Below, one piece after another: positions 21,427-31,800 of a stretch of 38,323 nt of DNA. The DNA comes from Fimicolochytrium jonesii. Lineage: Eukaryota. The notes beneath the pieces are model-generated. The model did not search any database. It saw only the letters and a program-made list of their open reading frames with translations, and was not told where the DNA came from. The stretch lies in the NCBI RefSeq assembly GCF_025526975.1, contig NW_026515689.1, forward strand, positions 496,001 through 534,323, given 5' to 3'. The stretch's first letter is position 1; every line of letters begins with the position of its first letter. The position numbers and the translations under genes are program-made.

Positions 21427-24400
21427 ATGGTCAGCGAGAGTTCCGGCAATGAAGACGGGCAACAGCACCAGCAGCAGCAAGGGCTTTCACCCGTGGACAG
21501 GGGTCTGCAGCGCCCACTGAACCTCCCCGCGCCCATCCCTTTCCGTTTTCCCAGCACACCGGGTGGATCCCTGGTGTATGAACCCCCGCCACCACCACCA
21601 CCACCAGTTCAACGACCCCGCCCGCAAACACATGCCAGCACCAAGGTTTCGCTTCACCGAATCATCCATAATCAAAATCAAGTTCAAAGGGAGCGCCTGG
21701 CAACGTTCATCGCCGATGTTCACGTCCTTGCGCGCCACACCACCTTCTTTATCAAGTACTACCTTGGTGAGTTTTTGAGGTACACTATACTGTATATTTC
21801 CCATAAAGCAATGTCCTGACTGCTACATCTGCCCACCCCACCACAGCTGATCATCCTCTACACGAGTTCCCGGACATCACCGACAAGCACATTAGTGTGA
21901 TATTTGAGCTGCTAAACAATCCAGGCTACAACGGCAATCCGGTCATCGCGCAAGAGTTGCGTCCACGGGTTCAAGAGTACTGTAATGTTCACGGATTCGC
22001 CCCCATCCGCATGCAAAATAGCCAACAGACCGCAGCGTACACAGCTACGAGCATCTTCACCAACCTCAAAGTCAACGTACAGGAGCATTCTATGCAAATG
22101 TTTCTGCGCTATGTCAATGAAAGGCTTGGTTTGAAGCAAGTCGTACTGCATCTTCGGAGAGCCGGAGTTAGCCAAGCGCAGCGCCAACAGTATTATCGGC
22201 GTGTCCGTCAATTCACAAAGTACGCGACATTGGAAGAGTACCCAACTGAAGAGGAGTTTGCCCGCCTCACGCGACTTGAGCGGACTCTCCTTGACAAGTT
22301 ATGGGCTCTGTTTCCTCCCCAGGATGAGCCCCTTGCGTACAGCCTTGCGGTGGACGCAATGCCATATTTAGGTGAGTTGCATCCTGTATATTTATCCCCC
22401 CCCCCCCCCCCCCGCCTCCAGCTCGTGCGTGGCTGCGAAGCGACGCAAGCGAGCGCCTCGCTTGGTACGCCGAACTGGCCGAATGGCTGCGCGCTGGGGC
22501 CGACAGGAAGCGAACCCCCCCACCCCCGCCCTCCCTCCCCCCCCCCCCCCCTCCAGCTCGTGCGTGGCTGCGAAGCGACGCGAGCAAGCGCCTCGCTTGG
22601 TATGCCGAACTGGCCGAATGGCTGCACGCCGGGGCCGACTGGAAGCGAACCCCCCCTCCCCCCCCCCCCCCTCCCTCCAGCTTGTGCGTGGCTGGGAAGC
22701 GACGCAAGCGAGCCTTGCTTGGTACGCCGAACTGGGCAAATGGCTGCGCGCCGGGACCCAGGCCGACGTGGTCCCCCCCCCCCGGCCGAGAGGAAGCGGA
22801 ACCCCCCCCCCCCCCGCTTCCTCTCTTGTCTAATCATGGTCTGCACCTGCCTCCTCATAGGCACCTACTGTGAGCTCTCGCACCTCTATGAGCGCCGTGG
22901 AATGCGCCTGTTTCCTGCTATCCCGCTGCGCAAATCTCGAATCCAGTCATCTGTTCTGATTGACACGAAGATCCTAACCACTCATATCCTGGCCTTGGGC
23001 CACCATCACATGGGGAAACTTACCGATGAACGCAAGCGGGAGCTGTGGGGGCAGTTTCTCAATGTGAATGTAAGTTAAGTCTGTAGCCCTCTGCGCTTAT
23101 TTCAATCACCTCGCTGAATGACGATTGCAGGACACGGTCTTCAAGGATCGAAAGAAGCTTGGTCTCAAATTTGATGGGTCAATCAGCACAAACGGGTATT
23201 CCGCTACCATCCACTTCAAGAAGCCAGGGCTCAAGTACGGCCATCGCGCTCGGAAGCGCAGCAAAGCCGAAATGCAGGAAGAAGTCCAGCAGCTGTATTT
23301 TGAGCACCACATCGCCCAACTAAGGGAGGCTCCAAACATCGTCTGCAGTGATCCGGGCAAGCGTGACCTCTTGTTCTGTCGAGACATCAAGAAGGAGCGG
23401 CCATTTCGGTACGTTTCAGTTGATTACTACTGCCCTGCTGTCCCGGCTACCCACCCCCCCCCCCCGTCTCCGCCCGCCAGCCCCCCCTCTCCGCCCGCCA
23501 GCCCCCCGTCTCCACCCGCCAGCCCCCCGTCTCCACCCGCCAGCCCCCCGTCTCCACCTGCCAGCCCCCCGTCTCCACCCGCCAGCCCCCCATCTCCGCC
23601 CGCCAGCCCCCCGTCTCCGCCTGCCAGCCCCCCGTCTCCGCCATCCCCGTTGCGGCGACATTCCGTTGCAGCGTCCTCACAATGCACCACCCCATATCAG
23701 ATACACGTCCAATCAACGGGCGGTCGAGACAAAGTCTCGGTACTTTCAAAGAGACATGAGAGAGCAAAAGATCAATGCCGGCATCGCTGAGATGGAATCA
23801 CATATTCCATTGCACAAGAGCATGAACATCGAGGCGTTCTCAGCGTTCATCGTGGATTACGAACACACGGGTATGATGTTCCACTTCAACTTTGATTTTC
23901 AACTTTGGTAATACATGGGCTGACATCCATATCCCAGATCCCGCCCTGGATGAGTTTTACCAGGATGAGATTCATGTAGCTTGCAGATTCAAGGCGTTCT
24001 CACTGCGGCAAAAGTCTGAGAGCAAGCTCATCAAGAACATGCGACACCTGTATGGAAAGCATTTTGCGGCCATCTTGGGTGATTGGAGCGACGCTGGAAA
24101 GACCATGCGCTTTCAGGAGTCATCAAAGACCAAAGGGTGAGTGACTATCATTGGTAATATGTATTACAGTATGCCATCATGGAAATCAGATTTCGCACAC
24201 TCTTTGCAAGAAACAGCATTCCATGCTACTTGCTGGATGAGTATCGAACGTCGTCCGTGTGCCCCGACTGCCACGGCCGTGTGAAGAAAAACATCCGTCA
24301 GCGGCTGTCATCTCGGCCATGGCAAGCTAGAAAGGGAAGAATGGAATACGTCCATGGATTGGTGGGTTGCCCCAACCCCGAATGTATCAACCAAGACTGG

Positions 24401-24553
24401 ACACCATATGAGATTCCTGGAAGACGACCACTACGACTACGGATGAGAGTGCACAATCGGGACATCCTGAGCACCAAGAATTTCCTCTCGATTGTGCGTT
24501 CGGTGGTGTTTGGCAATGGCCGCAGACCAGACGCATTCTCCCGTAACCGGTAG
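21427..24553 (+). CDS. Fanzor1 RNA-guided DNA endonuclease, 694 aa from ATG 21427. Exons 21427-21766, 21847-22371, 22861-23069, 23131-23408, 23701-23870, 23938-24136, 24190-24553
   Basis: Six GT-AG introns splice to 2085 nt with no internal stop. RuvC-I CSDPGKRDLL, GDWSDAG..RFQESSKTKG, RuvC-II LDEYRTSSVCPDC, zinc finger CPDC/CPNPEC and RuvC-III HNRDILSTKNF are present. NLKVNVQEH and RYTSNQRAVET match my recollection of SpuFz1. Confidence 0.93.
22396..22815. repeat. Three copies of a 124-135-bp GC-rich unit separated by poly-C tracts, in Fanzor intron 2
   Basis: Units starting ctccagct(c/t)gtgcgtggctg at 22416, 22551 and 22675. Confidence 0.95.
23464..23642. repeat. 21-bp minisatellite, about 8.5 copies, in Fanzor intron 4
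   Basis: Unit ccgtctcc(g/a)cccgccagcccc. Confidence 0.95.
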
Positions 24554-24665
24554 TCTAGATTTCACCCCATCCCATTTTCCGTGGTGGTTATCTGCCATCC
24601 ACATCATTGTACCTCTGCCTGAGGCGTCGCCGATGAAGGCAACTTGTATGTAGCATGCCTCACTC
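24554..24665 (+). ncRNA. Candidate Fanzor omegaRNA scaffold region
   Basis: Lies directly after the Fanzor stop, where such RNAs are encoded. It has a hairpin at 24581-24602 and a tgaggc/gcctca stem at 24620-24662. Ends are not defined. Confidence 0.45.
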
Positions 24666-24797
24666 AAAAAGCGACAGCGCGGCGCGTACCTAAGATGATG
24701 CCAAATGCGCAAGTTCGCGGTTTCCACTTCGTCCTCGGGCCTTGCTGAACACAACATCCGTGATCAACACCCAGAACCTCGATCAACAAACAACAAA

Positions 24798-25605
24798 ATG
24801 GGCGACAGGAAAGCCAAAATGGAGGCGCTTGCCGCAAAGCGTCGAGCTGCAGAGGAAGAAGAGGAGAAGCCAAGGTTGGAACCGAATGCTACGCCAAGTG
24901 ATCTTCCAGTCCCTCGGGGGTGTTCCGACACTAACTTCCGCGATCTTAAAGTACGAAGGCAGCAACGAAATCGAAAGGATCGGCCGCGACAGCAAAGCCA
25001 AAACCGAAAGTCACTGATGAGCGCTCTGCCAAAGCTCGTGAGGAGGAGTTTGCAAAGAAGGAGCGTGAGCTGTCCAAGCACAAGAACCTTGACCAGTACG
25101 ATAACGAGGACGGATTCCTGGTCGATGATGAGGAGGAAGAAGGTATGGGGGAGCATACGAAAGTTATCAAGTTAGTATCATGACTATAGTCTGACTAAGA
25201 TACTCCGGAATAATGTTGAAGAGGACGATGCCGGAAGCGAATCTCCCTCTGAAGACGAGGAGGAAGAGGAACGACCAAAGAAGCGGAAGGCGAAGGACGT
25301 AAAGCCATCAAAAAGCTCCGGCAAAGCTTCTAGCAAGCAACCACCGGCCAAAAAGAAGAAGAAGGCTGAAAGCGACGATGAGGGTTCTGGTGGTGACGAA
25401 CCTGATGAAATCTCTGGTAGGAAACTGACTCGACTGGCGCGCATGGAAAGCGATGACAACTAACGTCTCTTTCCTCTCTCTAGATGACGACCTCCTGGAA
25501 GGTTTGGACACATCGGATATCCTGCCTGACCGTGGACGTCGTACCCGTGGCGTTAAGATCGATTACACGAAGTTCGGCCCTGATGATGAAGATGATGACG
25601 AATGA
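24798..25605 (+). CDS. Acidic/basic nuclear protein with a C-terminal CHZ motif (Chz1/HIRIP3-like histone chaperone). Exons 24798-24874, 24952-25142, 25222-25416, 25484-25605
   Basis: The spliced frame is open. The C-terminus reads DDLLEGLDTSDILPDRGRRTRGVKIDYTKF. NLS-like PAKKKKK. Confidence 0.7.
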
Positions 25606-25865
25606 GCATCAGCCGCTTAAGAAGGTCTAGGCAGAGTTTGCGTAACGATGCATTTAGCAGTATGGAGGTTAGCGAATAGGCATGAGAAGATCTGGGGCTC
25701 AAGCTGCAAGTCAGCTTTGGCTGCGAACGTTCGGATGGCATTTCAAAGTCCAAGCGCAAGTGAGATTGAAAAACTGAACTATGTACAGCGAATGGTGCAG
25801 CAATGTGGTATACGAAAATAACCATAAATGCATAAGAAACTTTTGCGGTTGGCCGGTCTATCAAC

Positions 25866-28800
25866 TCAATCCTCCTCGTTAACCTCGAACAACAGCTCTG
25901 TGGACGGCGGCATGCGTGTCTTCTTGATTTCCTTCGTCGGCTTGTCTTTCGATGGCAAACCACTCTGTGATTTCTCCTTCCCAACCTCCTTTTCCTTCTC
26001 CTTTTCTTTCTGTTTCTCCTTCGTGGTATCCTTCTCCTTGTCGCTACCGTCTTTCCGGCTTCCAAAAATGCCTCTCCCAGGAAATTTGTTATGCCGGGCA
26101 GGTGGAGCTTGCAAAGTAGCATTACCATGTTCGTCTGAAGCCGTGCTCGGTTTCCGCTTGACGAAGAGCTTCTCTCTAACTAGCGCTCCGGTGTTTGCCA
26201 GGACCGCCCGGAGTGCCTCTGTGGGGGTTCGAAAGTATTCCTTCAGAACACTTTCGCTAATTCTGTTCCGAATGACCAAAACGCACCTTTCTTTACAGCG
26301 TCCAAGAAGTCAAGCCACGTCCAAGTCTTGTTGCGAAACTCGAGCGTTGGCATTTTGAACGCGAACATGTACAAATCCTCAATGTTTTTCTCTTTCGACC
26401 CCTGATGATAATGGCAAAGTAAGAACTTCGGCCCCATTTGTCATCACCAGAACGAACCGGAATGAACGCGGATGAGGTGCTTACCCGATAACTCAAACAA
26501 TGATTGGCTCCGGGCATCTTGATGTAGATGAACGATCGATTTTCCGAGGCTCTGGCTTGCATTTGTTTGAGTTCATTCACTCGCGTCTCCTTTCGTCGCA
26601 ATTTCGGAGACGACGACGCCTCCTCCTTGGTCTCGCTTTTACTGCTGAGGGTTCTCCCGTGACTGTATGAGAAAGTCCCGCTCTTAAACCGTCGCTTTCT
26701 CTCAGTCTGGGGAGACATATCGGGCTCCGATGGTGAACTCGGTCGAAGCTTGTCATCAACCACAGCTACATTATCGGCGCTCGTGGAGGAAACTCTTCGC
26801 AAACTGAGGTCTGAAACGGAAGAACGAGAGCTTCTGTTCGCGATTTGATCCGCAGATTCGGAGCGGGGGAATCTTCGGTTCTGCTTATCGTCACTGGTAT
26901 TATGCAACTGCTGAGCATGGGTTTTCGCGGCGGCCTTGGCTTTCTTCTCCGGAAAGAGATAAAACACAATCTCCTTCGCCATATCGTAAGTTACTTGGAT
27001 GAGAAGGGGATATATGTTGACTTCGAAGTGATCGACCACTTTGATGCCAGCAACAGGTGCCATCTGACGCCAGTATACGCGAATCATCTTGTGCCGGGTG
27101 AAGTCCACATCAGTCATGTCGGGCGAATAAGGCGCAATGACCTCCTTGAAGGAGTTCATAGCCGACATATGGTTCTCCAGATGAAGCTTGTCGATATGAA
27201 GCGTGTTGACGTCCGTCTGATCCTCGTGATGGACCCCACCAAACTGCGCTTTATCAAGCGTCCATTCACAGAGGGGCGTTTGCTCGTCAGTCAGCATACA
27301 CCAGACCATCTTGCCCATCTTGATCAAGATTTCAGAAGAGATCGCCGCTGATTTCTTCTTCTGTTCTAGCGATTGCGTTGCTTTGATGGCATCGACGACA
27401 ATGATCAACTCATCCTGGCACTGCAGCAAATGACGAAGAATCTCCGCATTCCGATGGGAAGAGGCTCCGACTGTCAACCCACTGTTGTCCATATCGGTGT
27501 GCAGCATAGCTTCCGTCTGCCTGATCTTCTGCTGAAGTAGCAAGACCGTCTCTTGCACTTTCCGCAAATCCTCCATCTGCTCCAAGATGAGTAGCATCTT
27601 GGTCATCTTCTCCACCTGTTCGCCTCGTCCTGGGTCTCGATACACCAGAAGGTTCTCGATAACGTCATATATGACCATATATTGCATAGCGGTGGCGGTT
27701 ATGAAGAATGTCGGGATGTTGATCTGCAGGGTGTGCTTTGTCTCCGGCTGGGTGCTCGCTACATCGCCTTTCAAGTACAAAGGATTAGGGACGTCGCGAT
27801 GAAGACTCGCAGAAACGCGTTCGACCACCCGCTCGAGGAATCCCGGATGCGATGAGTGATCTGCAATGCATTCTATTGGGACCCAAATGGGCCAGGCAGC
27901 CGCCGTCGGGGTATCTGATTTGTCCCAAGGTTGATGCATGGCAATATTGTCCAAATCGAATTCAGGGGCGACTTCAATGTCGGTCTTGCGAGCAACGAAA
28001 AGTTGGGCGTCATAAATATTCACCACCATTCGGGATTTGACGATCTCTTCATTCCTATCGCTGTTCTCATCGGCGGTCGATGAAGTACTGGCTTGGGCGT
28101 CCAGAATGCGGATCGAACGCAGTTGCATGCTTTCCGCGGCAAGCACGACTGATTCGAGATGTGACGGATTGTCCTTTGATTCAGCTTCAAGGTTGACTTG
28201 TGGGTACACGAGCTGCATCATAAAATTGCTTTCATACGTTTGCGAGTCGGAGATGTAGTCCGGCGATTCAATGTCCCTCGAGGGAAAGTACACTTTGCGA
28301 TTGTTGAAGGCAAGCGCAGCCCCTCGATTGTTGGACTCTGCCGCATCGTCATCCTGCTCCACTTCTGTTTCATTGGAGACAAAGAACGCCGTATCCATCT
28401 CGTCCACAAGTTTGTTGAGCAAACGATGTGCTGCATTTGCGTCGAGCTCGGCGAAAACCATGCTTGATTTTGGAGCTGGTGCTGTCTTTGCCGTATCTGC
28501 CAGAACATCATGAGCAGTCTCCGGCGCATCGGTACGATTTCTCCGCTCCGCAAAGGACGTAACAAGTTGCGCCATCAATTTCGTTGCCGTATGGGACAGA
28601 CAGAACTTGATCGCCATGGCCTTTTGCTGCAACGAAACCATTTGGAACAAAATGTTGCGCACATCTTTCTTCCAAATCAAGTTGAGATTGTGGACCACAA
28701 AGTGATGTTGGAAAACAGCCGCCGCGGGAAGCTTGCGCTCGGCTCTGCCCGCCGCTTTGTCGCCCACATTGTCGCATTCCAGTTTCTGCTGACACGAGCG

Positions 28801-31800
28801 AATATAACGCTCAATCACGACCTTTTTCTCGTGCAGTATGGCCATTTTCTCAACAATGATCTGCGACTGCTGCCGCAACGAGTCGTCAAAGAAGACAGCC
28901 ATACGGTATTCCAGACCACGCTGCATTTCGAGATAATGACGAATCGCCGCTTCAATCTCCCGCAGTCGGCTCTTGAACAGATGCTTCTGCACCTCGAAAA
29001 TATCCTTCTTAGACCGTGTGCTATCCTGCGCGCCGGATACCTTCGTGTCGTTCGATTTAGTGTAGATGATTTTGGGCGTCCAAGCAAACGGAACGAGGTT
29101 CAAAGTCGGTCTCTTTTTTCGAAGCGCGTCGCGTGGAAAGATCCAGTCCTTATCATCACTGGCCCCTGGCTGATCGAGCTCGTCCACTGATAGAGGCTTT
29201 TCCAACGTGGCAGGACGTGCTTCGCTGAAGTCCCCAAATGCTAAAGCCCTAGCTTCCACATCTGTCAATTCGAGCTCAGAGTCGCGCAAAATCCATTTGC
29301 TCGTGGGTTTCCGCTTGAGAAGCTCCTCTTTGGGCCGTCGCTGCTGAATCACCCTCTGCAATAATGTCATATCCATGACGACTTGCGCGGCGCGACACCT
29401 CAGCCCCACGCCGAGGCTCTTATCCTGCGCCTCGGCAACGAAGCCGAGCAGTAAGGGATGTAGCGACGTTTGAATCCTGATGGAGCCGATTGTGCGACCC
29501 AGTTTTTGCTTTGAAGGGCCTGGGCCGTCCTCCTGGAATAGCTTCCCCTTCCGTACCGGTAAGCTTGTCAGAACTGACTGATAAACTTGCAGGAAGGTGA
29601 AAAAACGAGACATGGTGTTTAGAGTGAGATGGACCGAGTTGGAAGGCTCGGAGAGGCCGGCGTAGAATGGTTTGGGCGACTCTAAGCGGACGGTAATGTT
29701 GATGCTGCTGGACCGGAATCCTCGGAAAGAGTCCCACTATAGCCAGAGACGGTTATCAAACTCTCTTCGTCCCAAGTCGTACATGTAGAGAAACGCACCT
29801 TTCGCAATTGATCCGAGTCGATGTATTCCGGAGCTCTCAAACAAATGTCCGCATGGCTCTTTACTAAACCACTCGCAGGATCTCTCCTATTCCTTTCCGT
29901 GACAAAGCCAAACCCGAACACCAGTCGAACCCCGCCCCTCATCCTCGCAACAGTGTCCTCCTCCTTTGCCCGATGATGATGCCCTGCGCGCGCATTGAAA
30001 GGGAGCGCAAAGCCCAATTCGCCGCATTCGATCGTCACGTCCTCGCCCGGAATTTGACTGCCGTTGACCTCGATTCGAACCCCGTCTCGCATCGAGACCT
30101 GCATGCCTTCGGTGCCAAAATGCTTGTGGCCATCGAAGTACGGAGAAGTGGAGCCGAGGACACGGAAGCTGATGTCACCGCCCCCCGTGATGATCAAGGT
30201 GTGCGTGCCGTGCATAATCAGTCGGAGCTTATCCCACCAACCTAGCGGTTGGCTAGGATCCACGTTTGGCTTGGTGAACGTGTCGAATACGCTAATCATA
30301 TCGGATATACCAGGTTCTAACGACGCTCCCCACGCTGCATGTATCGTAGACGACGTGGTAATGGTAGTTGTCAAGGAGCTGTACATTTTGTTCGGGTTAA
30401 CAGTTCGTGCAACGACAACCTCCTCTCCCGTGGGTAGGCCGACCGGTATCACGACTGTGCGGTTTGCTTCGGCGGCGGAGACCTGCTCTGCGAAGATGAC
30501 CAGCCCCTTCGTTTCCAGCTTTACACTCCCGTCTGCCGGTAAGCACACGAGAGGCGCCGAGTAGTCTCTAATCTGCATCTTCAGGGAGTGCATGCTGATG
30601 GTCACGTTCCGGGGAATCTGCTCGTCGTACAGAGCGTTTGCTGGCGTTGCGGGATCAATAATATGCAGCGTCTGCTCGATCGAGTTCGCTAACAAAACAG
30701 GTGGATCTATAGCTACTTGTATGTTGGTGATGGTGGTGTGCATAAGCGGCGGGGGCCCTTCAGTTTCCTTATGGGCTTTCCGCAAACGGTCGATCCACGC
30801 CCTAGCATTGAACTCCTGCAAGAGCCCCCAGGCGTTCTCGACCGCAGTTGATTGCTTATGCTCGTCATGCACAGAACCTCGTCTCCTTTCATCAACCGAG
30901 CGCAAAGCCGCGGCTTTAGTCTGAAAGGCCTTGTCGCGGGCTATACGTCCTTCCTGCTCTTCGAACCCCAATAAGTAGTTCCGTGACAGTGCGGATTCGA
31001 ATGGGTCATCTGCGAAGCGTATACAGAGCGTGGAGATTTGCACCCTGATGATGGGTATCGTGTCGTAGATTGGTATCGAATGGCCTGTCGTGCTTGGTGT
31101 TTTCAGCCGAAGCCCGAGCTCTGCGGCACAAAGCCGTTTGATGGCCTTCTGCATACTGATGGCATTCTCAATCACCTTGGCCATTTTGAAGCCATATGGT
31201 ACTCGTACTTCTGCAGACATGACCTCAGCTTCGACTTTCGTGGCCGACGTGCCGGGAGGTTTGCGGCACTCAACAGTCAATTCGGTGACTTGTGTCAAGC
31301 GTTCGTATATGAGCTGCTCTTCGTCTGTAAGGACATCGACGGTGGCCAGTTGTGTTTGCGCTCGCACAAGGAGTCCTTCGCCGGTGTCGATGAATATTGG
31401 TTGTATGCCTACACGCAGGTGGACATGGCCCGGCAGCGTGATGTCGACCAGCAAGCTTTGGACTTCCACATGAACGACCGGCGATTTTGTTCCGATTTCT
31501 TTTCCTTTGTTCTTCTCAGTTTTTTCGATATCCAGCAGTTTCACGAGCTTCCAGCAGTATATCGACGCCATCAAGGTAACGTAGAACATCCGCAAACTGA
31601 AGCAAACTACGACCTCATCCAAGCGCAACGTGAGCTCGTTTCGGTCCGTCGCGCCAAACTCGCGCACATGGAGCATTTCAATCCGACGAATCCGGAGGGA
31701 AGATTCCGTGTCAAGTCCATTTGACATGGCCTCCTGCTTGGCAAAGTACGGCTCCTCCGTAGAATAGAATGTCCCAGTAGTGTGAACACCGATATCCTGC

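Larger units (their letters stand above)
19403..24665 (+). mobile_element. Putative non-autonomous Fanzor1 element; boundaries approximate
   Basis: Contains the Fanzor1 gene and many tandem duplications that are scarce in flanking host DNA. No transposase, TIR or TSD was identified. Confidence 0.5.

Noticed and set aside
19845..23642. Repeat arrays as a CRISPR-like array beside a Cas12-related nuclease
   Set aside because: The units are contiguous or separated only by poly-C. There are no unique spacers.
23409..23790. (SPPASPP)n extensin-like protein in ORF 23125-23790
   Set aside because: It is read-through of intron 4. Splicing restores the Fanzor sequence FRYTSNQRAVET.
24551..24560. Helitron-type CTAG 3' end after the Fanzor stop
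   Set aside because: CTAG is followed by A rather than T, no subterminal hairpin precedes it, and there is no RepHel gene.
19925..24570. ggggttctagaccgg versus ccggtagtctagatttcacccc as element TIRs
   Set aside because: The match needs two gaps, overlaps the stop codon and has no TSD.
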